Shown here in pieces: positions 34,444-44,618 of a DNA stretch of 50,965 nt. The stretch comes from a virus (Duplodnaviria; Caudoviricetes). A model generated the notes under the pieces. It was not told the DNA's origin, did not search any database, and saw only the letters and a program-made list of their open reading frames with translations. Position 1 is the first letter of the stretch; each line of letters begins with the position of its first letter. The translations under genes and the position numbers were made by a program. The stretch is from positions 1 to 50,965 of IMG/VR virus record IMGVR_UViG_3300033148_004150; one strand, given 5' to 3'.

Positions 34444-36255
34444 GTGAAAACTCCGTTTATCCACCATGTCCCAACAGGGATGTTGGAGAATCTTAAATGG
34501 CGTTCTGCCGTTCATAAGCGAGTAATGGAGGAGCCTGGATACGCTAAAGTTATCTGGGATGCTTGTGCCATTGATCCGCTCTTTTACATTTGCGGATTTG
34601 GTTACACTTATGATCCTCGTTGCGAACCTTTCGCAAAACTTCCATTCATTCTGTATCCTTTTCAACGTGAAGGCTTGTTGAAAATCATTGATGCTATCAA
34701 CAAGCGTGATTTACTTGTTGAAAAATCAAGGGATACTGGCGCAAGTTGGATGTGTATTCTTGCTTTTGAGTGGCTATGGCATTTTTTCCCATTGAAATCT
34801 TTCTTAATGGGATCACGAACAGAAGATTATGTTGATAATACTGAAAATCCTAAGTCACTTTTTTGGAAACTGGATTTCTTCCAAGACAACCTTCCAACGT
34901 GGCTTATGCCAAATGGATTTAACCGAGCGGAACATCGCCGGAAACTACACCTTATCAATCCAGAAAATGGTAGTGTAATAGATGGGGAAAGCACCACTGG
35001 ACAATTTGCTCGTGGTGATCGTCGTACTGCGATTTTTCTTGATGAGTTTGCGGCAGTAGAATTCGGGCATAAGGTATTACCTGCCACGAGAGATGCAACT
35101 AGAAGTCGAATCTTTAATTCAACTCCATTGGGAATTAACAATGCCTTTTATGATGTTAGCCAAACCAATATCGAGAAACTTCGATTTCATTGGACGGAAC
35201 ATCCAGAGAAAAGGAAGGGTCTTTATACAACAAATGAAAATGGCCATCTTGTAATTCTTGATAAAGAGAATTATCCGAAAGATTACAAGCCAATCTTAGA
35301 TGGTAAACTTCGTTCGATTGCATATGATTACGAAGAATCACGCTCTTCTCCGCGCGAGATGGCTCAAGAATGGGATATTGATTATCTCGGATCTGGAGTG
35401 CAGTATTTCGATTCTGATCGTATCCAGATTGCTATTCGTACATATTCCAGACCACCAATAGTCATTGGAGATTTGGAGTATGATAGCGTTACTGGAGATC
35501 CTATTAGATTCAGGGAAAATGAGAATGGCCATATTCACCTCTGGTGTTTACTTGATAAGGACGGTAATATACCAAGGGAGCATAAAGCAGTGCTTGGTGC
35601 CGATGTATCAGCGGGAACTGGTAGTTCTAACTCATGCCTGTGTGGATATGATGCCATTACGAATGAGAAAATTCTTGAATATACTAGCCCGTATATTCGC
35701 CCGGAAGAGTTTGCCAAGCAAGCGGTAGCTATTGCTCGCTGGATGGGGGGTGCATACCTTATCTGGGAAAGTAATGGCCCAGGGCGTCAGTTTGGATCGC
35801 GGGTTATGGATCTTCGATATAGCAACATTTATTTCCGCAGGCGAGAGGAAGCTATCGGAAAGAAAATATCGCAGATTCCTGGGTGGGCATCATCCAGAGA
35901 GACGAAACTTGTTCTCTTGGGGGATTATCGTTCAGCAGTCGAAAAGGGAACATGTGTTAATCGTTCCAAGCAGGCACTTGAAGAATGTTTTGAATATATT
36001 CACGACCCAAAGGGGGGCGTTTCACATTCACGGGCAGATGATAAATCTGATCCATCAGGCGCAAGAGATAATCACGGCGATCATGTCATTGCTGATGCCC
36101 TGGCGTGGCGTGGGATGATTGAACGAAAAAATACACCTAAATCTAAAAAGCCTAATATCCCTGTTGGGTCATTAGCATGGCGCATGGCACAACGCAAGGC
36201 AATGAAATCGGAATCAGGACAACAACTTCTCAGGAGTGAGGGATGGCGATGGTAG
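34444..36255 (+). CDS. terL: Terminase large subunit
   Basis: LYPFQ, VEKSRDTGASW, IFLDEFA, FNSTPLG; nuclease domain GADVSAG, WESNGPG, DHVIADALA. Confidence 0.93.
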   Translation: MKTPFIHHVPTGMLENLKWRSAVHKRVMEEPGYAKVIWDACAIDPLFYICGFGYTYDPRCEPFAKLPFILYPFQREGLLKIIDAINKRDLLVEKSRDTGASWMCILAFEWLWHFFPLKSFLMGSRTEDYVDNTENPKSLFWKLDFFQDNLPTWLMPNGFNRAEHRRKLHLINPENGSVIDGESTTGQFARGDRRTAIFLDEFAAVEFGHKVLPATRDATRSRIFNSTPLGINNAFYDVSQTNIEKLRFHWTEHPEKRKGLYTTNENGHLVILDKENYPKDYKPILDGKLRSIAYDYEESRSSPREMAQEWDIDYLGSGVQYFDSDRIQIAIRTYSRPPIVIGDLEYDSVTGDPIRFRENENGHIHLWCLLDKDGNIPREHKAVLGADVSAGTGSSNSCLCGYDAITNEKILEYTSPYIRPEEFAKQAVAIARWMGGAYLIWESNGPGRQFGSRVMDLRYSNIYFRRREEAIGKKISQIPGWASSRETKLVLLGDYRSAVEKGTCVNRSKQALEECFEYIHDPKGGVSHSRADDKSDPSGARDNHGDHVIADALAWRGMIERKNTPKSKKPNIPVGSLAWRMAQRKAMKSESGQQLLRSEGWRW

Positions 36256-37997
36256 CAAAAATGAAAAATCCATTTAATAAAATTCAATTTGAGCGCTTAG
36301 ATAAAAGTATTGAGTGGTCAAATAGGATGCTGGAATTTACTCGCAGAGAACGAAAAAATGCAATCAGAGAATTTGTTGGTAAACACTATTCCAGCAGTGG
36401 TGCATCTAAGCCAGTTCCGGTAAATTTCCTGAAGTTGGCTGTCAACATTTTCGTTCGTTTACTTGCTGCACGTGCTCCGAGAGTTCTCATTTCAACGCAG
36501 AAGATTGAGCTGAAACCTACAGCGGCAAATTTAGAAATTGCAGTTAATCAAATTCCGAAGGAAATTAACTTACAAAAGACGCTGAAGCGCTTGGTGATTG
36601 AGGCATTGTTTTCTCTTGGAATAGCTAAGGTTGGCTTGCATTCTGTTGGGAAAGTTCTCGGCCACGATGTTGGTGCTCCATTTGTCGATGTCGTTACATT
36701 GGATGATTTAATTATTGATATGACAGCCAAACATCTTGATTACATACAGTATATTGGAAATAGTTATTGGCTTGATTATAAAGATGTAATGGAATCCAAA
36801 TGGTTCCCGAAGGGGAGTGTTGATGGGCTTAAGCCAGATGAATATACGACACTTAATGAAGCCGGAGAAGAAAGAGCGGAGAGTATTTCAATAGATAACG
36901 ACGCGCAACTTTATAAGGATCGGATAAAGTTACGCGATGTATGGATTCCTAGTGAAAAAATCATGGTTACTTATGCAGTCAAGGAAAAGCGAAGGCTGAA
37001 AGTAATTGATTGGAAGGGGCCGGATCGTGGGCCTTATTCTATTCTTGGATTTGATAAAGTCCCTGGAAATCTTCTCCCACTTCCTCCGGTTGCTACTTGG
37101 ACTGATTTGCATGAGCTTGGGAATGCTCTTTTCAGGAAACTTGCCAGTGAAGCCAAGGCACAGAAAAATGTGCAAGGTTTCCAGGGCGGTCAAGAAGATG
37201 ACGTGAAAGCTTTCAAGGCGGCAGTTGATGGCGATGGAATCATGTACAATGGAGCAGAACCCAAACTCCTCAAAGCCGGTGGTGTTGATCCAACTAGCTT
37301 AGCATTTTATTTAACAGTAAAAGATCAAGGTTCATATTTCGGTGGGAATTGGGATTCACTTGGTGGTCTTTCGCCGCAAGCAAAAACGCTTGGGCAAGAC
37401 AAGCTACTTAGCGAAGCATCAAGCGCTCAAATGCGCGACATGGCTGCTGAAGTTGTGGATTTTGTAAAAGAAATTTATACATCATTAACTTATTACGAAT
37501 GGCACGATCCAATAAGAAGGCGGCAATTAGAGAAAACAATTACCGGAACTGACTTTAATGTTGTTGTCCCGTGGGATCGTAGTTCACGTCGCGGTAAGTT
37601 GGATATGTACGATCTCGATATTGATGTATATAGTCTCCAGGATGATTCACCTGGGCTTAAATTTCAGAAACTTGGAATAATACTTGAGCGATTTGTATTT
37701 CCACTTATGCCCCTTCTCCAACAACCTAATGGCATATTAAATGTCCAAAGAATTTTACATGATATTGCTAAGTTTGCAGATTTCCCGGAAATGAATAATT
37801 GGTTTCAGTTTATGCTGGAAGAGCAACCTACTACTGGTGAAAATGCCAAATTACCATCAAATACCACGAGAACTGTTGAGCGGATAAATCGGCCTGGAGC
37901 CACTGAGGAAGGGAAAAATCAAATTCTCCGACAGGCCCTATTGGGTGGACGGCCCCAGGTAGATGAAACGGCTGCAATCGGTCGTCCAACCGGGTAA
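36243..37997 (+). CDS. Portal protein
   Basis: 584 aa directly after TerL; PVNFLKLAVNIFVRLL..P and ALFSLGIAKVG resemble P22-type portals. Confidence 0.8.
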   Translation: MAMVAKMKNPFNKIQFERLDKSIEWSNRMLEFTRRERKNAIREFVGKHYSSSGASKPVPVNFLKLAVNIFVRLLAARAPRVLISTQKIELKPTAANLEIAVNQIPKEINLQKTLKRLVIEALFSLGIAKVGLHSVGKVLGHDVGAPFVDVVTLDDLIIDMTAKHLDYIQYIGNSYWLDYKDVMESKWFPKGSVDGLKPDEYTTLNEAGEERAESISIDNDAQLYKDRIKLRDVWIPSEKIMVTYAVKEKRRLKVIDWKGPDRGPYSILGFDKVPGNLLPLPPVATWTDLHELGNALFRKLASEAKAQKNVQGFQGGQEDDVKAFKAAVDGDGIMYNGAEPKLLKAGGVDPTSLAFYLTVKDQGSYFGGNWDSLGGLSPQAKTLGQDKLLSEASSAQMRDMAAEVVDFVKEIYTSLTYYEWHDPIRRRQLEKTITGTDFNVVVPWDRSSRRGKLDMYDLDIDVYSLQDDSPGLKFQKLGIILERFVFPLMPLLQQPNGILNVQRILHDIAKFADFPEMNNWFQFMLEEQPTTGENAKLPSNTTRTVERINRPGATEEGKNQILRQALLGGRPQVDETAAIGRPTG

Positions 37998-38111
37998 ATC
38001 CTTATTCCGGGGGGGTGGCCAATTTGCTTGTGGTAATTATGCTGATGGTGTGTAAGGTAGAGAGTATGGGGCCAAAGGAAAAGCGAATGTTGTTTGGAGG
38101 TAGCAGAAAAA

Positions 38112-38510
38112 TTGCCAACATATTGCTATAGGACTGAAAGTGGTGATATTCTGGAGCGTGTATTCCCTATGGGAAGGGCGCCAGAAGCGATTACTTTTTA
38201 TCCCAGTGAACTCGGGGAAGGAAAAGGAGTTGCAATTCGTGATTATGGGGCCGAGGGTGTGACGGGGACTGTCGTTGGGACTTTAAATCCCACGAGGGCC
38301 AATCAAAAACCAAAGCGTCCCTGGCCGATGCAACCATGCGTTGCATCGGGGGTCCATCCGAATCAGGCGCAAGAATTGCGAGATTATCTTGCGAAGCGCG
38401 GTTGCCCGACGGAGGTGACGAAAGATGGCGATCCAATTTATACTTCTGCCGCTCACAGGAAGAAAGCGTTAAAAATTCGTGGATTTTACGATAAAGCCTC
38501 ATTTGATTAA
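38112..38510 (+). CDS. FmdB-like protein of the head module
   Basis: SD GGAGG with TTG start MPTYCYR; ends HRKKALKIRGF; lies between portal and scaffold. Confidence 0.6.
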   Translation: MPTYCYRTESGDILERVFPMGRAPEAITFYPSELGEGKGVAIRDYGAEGVTGTVVGTLNPTRANQKPKRPWPMQPCVASGVHPNQAQELRDYLAKRGCPTEVTKDGDPIYTSAAHRKKALKIRGFYDKASFD

Positions 38511-38524
38511 CCAAGGAGAGAAAA

Positions 38525-39514
38525 ATGCCGAGTGACGAATTGATTGCTGAGATTGAAAAGGCCGCCGAAGAAATAGACATCAATGAGACTATTGATAAAG
38601 AAGAGAAAGTTGCCCAGGAAACTGCCGATGCTTCTGTTCAATCTGATGAAGAAAAGGCTGCTGCCGAGGTAGCTGAAGTTGATGATGCTGCCGCACAGAA
38701 GGTTATTGAAGATGAAAAATTTGCCCAAGAGAGTGCCGGTGAGGAAGGTGCGGCTGCTGAGGCGGCCGGGCAAGAAATTGCCAAAAATGCAATTAGCGAT
38801 GAACTTTTAGAGCGAGCATTGGATGTTGATATTTCAATGGCTGATGCACGCAGCCTTCCACTTGAGTCGCTTGAGCGAATTATTGAAGCAAGAGAAAGGA
38901 CTATTGCTGCTGAGATTGAAGCTGAGGAACGAGCAAGTGTCGATGTGCAATCGAAGGAAGCTGAAGATCCTTTTAGTGATTTCCCGAAACTTGATCCAGA
39001 AGTTCACGATACTGATGTAATTAAATCATTTGAAAAAGTGATGGAGATTACTAAGCAGCAATACGAAACAATCCAGGCACTACAAAGACAACAAGAAGAT
39101 ATATCGCTGGCTACCCAAGCAAGAGAGGCTGCTGAAGTTGAGAAATGGTTTGATAAGCAAGTTGCTGGACTTGGTGAAGAATTTTCGGAGGCTCTTGGTG
39201 TAGGTGATTACAGATCACTTAGCCAAGGAAGTTCGCAATATGCAAATCGTGAGAAAATTGCAAATCAATTGAGTGTATTACTTTCTGGCTATGCAGCCCA
39301 AGGGCTGGAAGCGCCACCGCGAGAGGAATTATTTAATACGGCCGCAAGGCTTGTCCTCCACAAGGAATATCAAGCAATTGACAATAAGAAACTTGCTAGT
39401 GATCTTGAAAAGCAGGCTTCGCAGCATATTCAACGTGCAAGTGGTCGGCAAGTTTCCAGCGCACAATCGCCCGAGGATGAGGCAGCAGCATTATTGGACG
39501 AAAAGTTTGGTTAA
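38525..39514 (+). CDS. Capsid scaffolding protein
   Basis: Very acidic, Ala-rich helical protein upstream of the capsid gene. Confidence 0.7.
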   Translation: MPSDELIAEIEKAAEEIDINETIDKEEKVAQETADASVQSDEEKAAAEVAEVDDAAAQKVIEDEKFAQESAGEEGAAAEAAGQEIAKNAISDELLERALDVDISMADARSLPLESLERIIEARERTIAAEIEAEERASVDVQSKEAEDPFSDFPKLDPEVHDTDVIKSFEKVMEITKQQYETIQALQRQQEDISLATQAREAAEVEKWFDKQVAGLGEEFSEALGVGDYRSLSQGSSQYANREKIANQLSVLLSGYAAQGLEAPPREELFNTAARLVLHKEYQAIDNKKLASDLEKQASQHIQRASGRQVSSAQSPEDEAAALLDEKFG

Positions 39515-39536
39515 TTCTTAAAGAGAGGAAGAAAAG

Positions 39537-40133
39537 ATGAAGAGATGCACTAAATGTGGCGTAGAGAAAGAAGAGAGTGAGTTCCCCAGGGGAAGTTACA
39601 TCAAGAAAGATGGAACTAAATCATTAGACAGTTGGTGTAAGACTTGCCGAAATGAATATCAAAAAAAGTATTCAAATAGACAGAAGCGATATGCTGAAAG
39701 GAATAAAGAAAAAATTAGTATGAAAATGAAGTGTGCTTATAATTCCAATCCAGAGGCATATAGGGAAAAGACAAGAAAGTGGCGTGAAGAAAACAAAGAT
39801 AAGATGAAGGAATATAATCACAAGTGGCATGAAAATGCGGATCGGTTTAAGATTGCCTTGCAAAGTTCCCGGAGGGCTGCAAGGAATGGTGGATATGAAC
39901 CCTGTAATGCAACTTTAGAGGAAATTAGAGAAGCATATACAGGACGATGTGCGGTCTGTGGGGTCCCGGATATAGAATGTACGGGGAAATTCCATATGGA
40001 TCACGACCACGAAAGTGGGAATTTCAGAGGTTGGCTTTGTGGAAATTGCAATAAAGGAATTGGTTTCCTAAGGGATTCCGAGGAGCTATTGATTAATGCT
40101 TTGCATTTCTTGATGAATTGTAAAGTTAAGTAA
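39537..40133 (+). CDS. Endonuclease VII-family HNH (homing-type) endonuclease
   Basis: CTKC..WCKTC; CAVCG..MDHDHESGNFRGWLCGNCNKGIG. Confidence 0.9.
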   Translation: MKRCTKCGVEKEESEFPRGSYIKKDGTKSLDSWCKTCRNEYQKKYSNRQKRYAERNKEKISMKMKCAYNSNPEAYREKTRKWREENKDKMKEYNHKWHENADRFKIALQSSRRAARNGGYEPCNATLEEIREAYTGRCAVCGVPDIECTGKFHMDHDHESGNFRGWLCGNCNKGIGFLRDSEELLINALHFLMNCKVK

Positions 40134-40162
40134 CAGACAATTAACAGCAAAAGGGGTAGATA

Positions 40163-41206
40163 ATGTCAATGCAGTTCGCCGAGATCGACGACGCTGTCGT
40201 TTTAACCCAGAAGCACTTGATTAAACGTGGAGCATTTGTTGGACTTCAAACAGATCTCCAAGATCATGTCGCGGTACGTGAGCTTTGGAAAGGAAGAAAC
40301 AAGAAAGTTTTTGTTGGTGGCGATCCTTGGACATTTGATGCACAGATTGACCACAATCATAGCACTCGTGCTGTGGCTTTGTATGAAACTGATGGAAGTG
40401 CCGTTGTTGATACGATGATTGAGGGTAAGGTTTATTGCCGACACCTCAATGCTCATTATGTTTACGATCAACGAGAAAAAGCATTCCAGAGAGGCGGTCA
40501 TGCGATTGTTGATTATATCAAGACGAAATATATCGGCATGATGATGTCTTTCTTTGAGTATCTTGAAGAAACGCTTTGGAGCAATCCGGCTGATGATGGT
40601 AAGACACCTTTTGGAGTTGCACATTACGTGACGCGAGCGGATGGCGATGGTGATTTTGTCGGCCCGGAAGCCGAAGGCTGGGCGGCCGGCAAGTGTAACA
40701 TTCTCTATGCCGACCAGCCGCGGTGGCGTAACTGGGCGGCTCGATATGTTGCTATCAGTAAGGAAGATCTCATTCGTAAAATGCGCCTTGCGGCTCGCAA
40801 GACGAAGTTTCGTTCGCCTATTTCTCATACTGAACCTACGCTAGGTGGCATGAAGAATGGTGTCTATTGCAATAGCGATGTGATTGGGCTTATGGAGGAA
40901 ATTCTTGAGGATCAGAATATGAACCTCGGGAATGATATGGCCAGCAAGGATGGCCGTGCTCATTTCAAGGGTACGCCAGTCACTTATGTTCCGTATTTGG
41001 ATAATGATAATACGGAAGATCCAGTTTATTTGCTTGATTGGAAGTGGCTGGGCCTTGGTGTTTTGGCTGGTTGGGAAAATCAATTGACTGCGCCTTATAT
41101 GGTTCCAAATAGGCACCTCGTTCGGCGAGTTGATTTGGATGCAAGCTTGAATTTGGCCTGCACGAATCTTCGTCGTCAGGCTGTTATTTCTAAGGCACCT
41201 GCATAA
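40163..41206 (+). CDS. Major capsid protein
   Basis: 347 aa after the scaffold; ends HFKGTPVTYVPYLD..VYLLD..NLACTNLRRQAVI, as in HK97-fold podovirus-type capsids. Confidence 0.8.
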   Translation: MSMQFAEIDDAVVLTQKHLIKRGAFVGLQTDLQDHVAVRELWKGRNKKVFVGGDPWTFDAQIDHNHSTRAVALYETDGSAVVDTMIEGKVYCRHLNAHYVYDQREKAFQRGGHAIVDYIKTKYIGMMMSFFEYLEETLWSNPADDGKTPFGVAHYVTRADGDGDFVGPEAEGWAAGKCNILYADQPRWRNWAARYVAISKEDLIRKMRLAARKTKFRSPISHTEPTLGGMKNGVYCNSDVIGLMEEILEDQNMNLGNDMASKDGRAHFKGTPVTYVPYLDNDNTEDPVYLLDWKWLGLGVLAGWENQLTAPYMVPNRHLVRRVDLDASLNLACTNLRRQAVISKAPA

Positions 41207-41252
41207 GTCGAAATTTACTTTAACAATAATACTTTCTTGAGAGGAAGAAAAA

Positions 41253-42056
41253 ATGGGCGATGTTTCTGTGAATGGTCCCACTAAGTTGGCTCCTACCATT
41301 TCTAAGTGGGTTTGGTATGAAAGTAATGCTGCACTCAAGCAAGGTGAAGCAGTTTGTTATAACTTCGATTATGGTACTGGTACGGATTCTGATGCCCGGC
41401 GCTATAATCATGTTGAGACTCCCAGCACAACGAACGCCCAGTGGTTTGCTGGGGTGGCCGCGAGAGCCTATTCAGCTAAATCTGGCGGGCAATTGATTGA
41501 AATTTATGTGCCTGGCAGTGTGTGCTTGATTCGTCTGGGTGCTGCTGCTGCCAGCACTACAGTTGGCGTTGGGCTTGTTACGTTTGATGTAACTTCTGGT
41601 TACGAGGGATATTTTCGTTATGAAGGTCTCCCTGGTGAAGGTTCTGCCGTACCACTTGAGGAAACTACTACTGGCACGAATCAGACATGCCTAGCGAAAC
41701 TTCAGACTGGTCCGCCTAGTGGTGGCGTTGAGGTTGTGCAAATTGTAGATGACACTGCTTTTGTTGCTATGGTCGGCGGAACAACTCTATTGGTTGGTGC
41801 CGTTTGCGGTACTGGTGCTGCGGAGGAAGATATTGCCGATGGGACAATTGAGGGCCTGCGCAAGAAGTTTGAGGTTATTACAACTGCAATTACCACAAAC
41901 GAAGCAGTAGTAAATATTGCAGGCGACGATGGCATTACGCTTGCTGGTGGGGCTTTGGCTAGTCTTACTTTCGGCGCTATTGGTGACCAATGCGTATTGG
42001 CATGGACTGGTGGCACTTGGCGAAATATGGCTAGTGTTGGTGTTGTTGAGGCGTGA
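41253..42056 (+). CDS. Capsid cement/decoration-like protein
   Basis: Directly after the capsid gene; GEAVCY..FAGVAA; Gly/Thr/Ala-rich. Confidence 0.55.
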   Translation: MGDVSVNGPTKLAPTISKWVWYESNAALKQGEAVCYNFDYGTGTDSDARRYNHVETPSTTNAQWFAGVAARAYSAKSGGQLIEIYVPGSVCLIRLGAAAASTTVGVGLVTFDVTSGYEGYFRYEGLPGEGSAVPLEETTTGTNQTCLAKLQTGPPSGGVEVVQIVDDTAFVAMVGGTTLLVGAVCGTGAAEEDIADGTIEGLRKKFEVITTAITTNEAVVNIAGDDGITLAGGALASLTFGAIGDQCVLAWTGGTWRNMASVGVVEA

Positions 42057-42145
42057 TAGTTGCGGATTGTGTTTTAACACTTTTTGCAATAAGACGAAAA
42101 ATTCGCGGGTAATACTCCACGGGGTAACCCTGGGAATTGTAAAAT

Positions 42146-42200
42146 ACGGGTAGGGCAGCGGGTCGGGTGGAGTTTCTCTTCCTCCACCCGGCCCACCCGT
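42146..42200 (+). other. Strong RNA hairpin without a U-tract after the capsid/cement genes
   Basis: GGGTCGGGTGGAG/CTCCACCCGGCCC plus outer ACGGGT/ACCCGT. Confidence 0.65.
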
Positions 42201-42216
42201 GGATTTGGAGATATAT

Positions 42217-42438
42217 ATGAGAATAGCATTTTCAAAATGGCCATCTAAGGTAATGAAGAGTAAATGGAGAGTTAGTGAATCTCTTAGAAATCCAACAGCA
42301 ATTATTTCAGAGGCAACTGGTCATAATTTTATAGATGTTGGATGTGAAGGATTTGAGGGAAGTGAAAAAAATATTGCTATAGAGCGCGAAGTAGCTGAGC
42401 ATATAGTTGAGTTGCATAATTCCCAGTTGGGGAAATAA
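42217..42438 (+). CDS. Small AT-rich hypothetical protein
   Basis: SD GGAG; ends AEHIVELHN; composition differs from neighbours. Confidence 0.55.
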   Translation: MRIAFSKWPSKVMKSKWRVSESLRNPTAIISEATGHNFIDVGCEGFEGSEKNIAIEREVAEHIVELHNSQLGK

Positions 42439-43226
42439 TGGCCGAGTCATCACTTTCAGTTGGGCTTCCTGAATTGAAACAGGAAGTGGGATATTTTTTG
42501 GGCCACGGCCGAGGCGGTGTTGCTTTCGCTGATTGGGCTGCCAGAACTCCCGATCCAACAGACGAAGTAGAGGCTATTGTTCAGGCAGGAATAAGACGTG
42601 TTTACTATCCACCAGGGAGCAATGGCTATGAATGGTCGTTCCTTCGGCCAACGGCAACTTTAGCAATTATAGCTGGCACAGGTGATTATGATTTGCCAGA
42701 TAGCTATCATCGACTTATAGGTGATTTGCATTATCCAGCCGATGAAAATCGCAATGCCATAGTAATAGTGTCACTTGGCACTATATTAGAAATGAGGGCA
42801 CGTGATGATCGAAGTGATTATCCGGCATATGCAGCCATTCGATCCAAGGCATTCGATGCCACCACTGGACAGCGTAGTGAAATTCTTTTCTGGCCGAAAC
42901 CAAGTGCGGATAAAACACTCACATATTCCTTTGAGGCTTATAGCGGCAAATTGACGGATGCAGCACCGTATCCACTCGGCGGAATGTATCTTGCTGAGCT
43001 TTATATTGAAAGTTGCTTGGCTGTTGCCGAGCAACGCATGAACAATGAGGCAGGACTACATACTGCGGCATATCAGACATTGCTTGTAGATGCAATTGCG
43101 AGAGATAAAAAGAAAAGCGCAAGGTATTTTGGGCAGATGGGGCATTATGAGCAAGCATACGAACCTGTACGGCATGGCGATACAGGGGGAACATATCCGT
43201 TGACTTATGGGGGGGTGGCTATCTGA
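42438..43226 (+). CDS. Head-tail adaptor (tail tubular protein A-like)
   Basis: WSFLR..L...GTGDYDLPD, FWPKP, YIESCLAVAE; synteny. Confidence 0.7.
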   Translation: MAESSLSVGLPELKQEVGYFLGHGRGGVAFADWAARTPDPTDEVEAIVQAGIRRVYYPPGSNGYEWSFLRPTATLAIIAGTGDYDLPDSYHRLIGDLHYPADENRNAIVIVSLGTILEMRARDDRSDYPAYAAIRSKAFDATTGQRSEILFWPKPSADKTLTYSFEAYSGKLTDAAPYPLGGMYLAELYIESCLAVAEQRMNNEAGLHTAAYQTLLVDAIARDKKKSARYFGQMGHYEQAYEPVRHGDTGGTYPLTYGGVAI

Positions 43227-43879
43227 TGCCGTTCGTAAGTAAGAAACAGAGGGAGTATCTTTGGGCTAGGCATCCAGAAATTGCTAAGCGATGGACAGAG
43301 AAATATGGCTCATCCATACGAAAGAAGGAAGATAATCCTGGGGGGGAGGCGGACTTTCGGAAATGGTATGCAGGTCACGCAGCCAAGCTAGGGCTTAATC
43401 CAGATCCAGATGCACCCCAGCATCATTACGATTATCGCGCGGCTTATCGTGCGGGGGCAAAACCGGATGCGAGTGGACATTGGCCATCAAAATATAAGCG
43501 TGAGGGGCATCCTCGTTTAATTATCAATGGTATTGATACGCGAACAGGACGACTAGCAATGCCGAACGAACGTAAGACAGGAAGAAATGTATTATCATAT
43601 TACGCGAGGGCCCTCAAAAGAAAGGGCATGAGGCCGTTGACGGCAAGAGAAAGGGAAAAGCAAGAAGCAGAGCGTAGGCGATTAGCGGAGCGACGTAAGA
43701 TTGAAAGTCATTACGAAGGTGGTAGGCGTCGTACTGCTGAAAAGAAGCCACCCCCTACGCCTAAGACGCCAGCGCAGATACGAAGTGAAGAAGCGACTGA
43801 ATTTCGGAAGAAATTTGAATTGCCTGGACTCGGGGCGCTTAGGGAAGCATTAACTCCAAGGAAAAAGAAAAAGCTATAA
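43226..43879 (+). CDS. Basic multi-module hypothetical protein
   Basis: MPFVSKKQREYLWARHPEIAKRW start; middle F..W..YDYR..GHWP..K..GHP segment; Arg/Lys-rich tail. Confidence 0.65.
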   Translation: MPFVSKKQREYLWARHPEIAKRWTEKYGSSIRKKEDNPGGEADFRKWYAGHAAKLGLNPDPDAPQHHYDYRAAYRAGAKPDASGHWPSKYKREGHPRLIINGIDTRTGRLAMPNERKTGRNVLSYYARALKRKGMRPLTAREREKQEAERRRLAERRKIESHYEGGRRRTAEKKPPPTPKTPAQIRSEEATEFRKKFELPGLGALREALTPRKKKKL

Positions 43880-43880
43880 T

Positions 43881-44180
43881 ATGATTGATACACATACATT
43901 TACCACAACTGCAAGTGAAGAAATTATTGCGGCTGATGCGCATCGTGACCATATAACAATTCAGATGCAATCTTCCGGGACTCCAGTGTATCTTGCATTC
44001 GGAGAGTCTGCTGTTGATGCAACTGGAATTTGCTTACTTTATCCAGGTTGCTCTGTGAGGGTAACTGGTGCCAAAGCGAGATTGGCCGTGAATGGAATTG
44101 ATGCTACTGGCAGTGCTATTGTTGGCATTGAGACTACAGAGGATGTTGAGTATCGTCCTGGTTCCTATATTTGGTTCTAA
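43881..44180 (+). CDS. Small virion protein, paralog 1
   Basis: EIIAAD..RD..T.Q..VYL.FGE.AV..G..SVRV.GAKA.LAVN.I. Confidence 0.7.
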   Translation: MIDTHTFTTTASEEIIAADAHRDHITIQMQSSGTPVYLAFGESAVDATGICLLYPGCSVRVTGAKARLAVNGIDATGSAIVGIETTEDVEYRPGSYIWF

Positions 44181-44183
44181 GAT

Positions 44184-44528
44184 ATGTCTGCACATGCATG
44201 GAGTATTGGCGCTGGAGAAGTAGATGTATCCAAGGAGATAATTGCTGCCGATGAATATCGTGATGAGTTGACTGTGCAATTAGTGTTCCAAACATTAACT
44301 GGTGCAGATATAGTATATTTGGGATTTGGCGAAGATGCTGTTACCGGGGAGGGAATTGCTTTAGGCGGGCAGGGGGATTCAGTGAGAGTATTGGGGGCGA
44401 AAGCAAAGTTAGCTGTTAATGCAATATGTGATGCCATAGTTTCTGGCGGCATTGAAACATACACAAGTTTGGAATATCGTCATACCAGAGATTATCCGGC
44501 ATGGTATCACGATAAGCCACAGACATAA
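44184..44528 (+). CDS. Small virion protein, paralog 2
   Basis: Same motif as 43881-44180. Confidence 0.7.
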   Translation: MSAHAWSIGAGEVDVSKEIIAADEYRDELTVQLVFQTLTGADIVYLGFGEDAVTGEGIALGGQGDSVRVLGAKAKLAVNAICDAIVSGGIETYTSLEYRHTRDYPAWYHDKPQT

Positions 44529-44618
44529 TGATATACTAGATGCAACTTACGGAGGGCCTTCTGGCGAATAATCTCATTGGATGAAAGTTTCACTTTCCAC
44601 TTAAAGGGGCTTAATGAA

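Noticed and set aside
40202-40828. 208-aa antisense ORF and the many other antisense/overlapping ORFs in the track
   Set aside because: Shadows of well-supported genes on the opposite strand or frame, without RBS or motifs.
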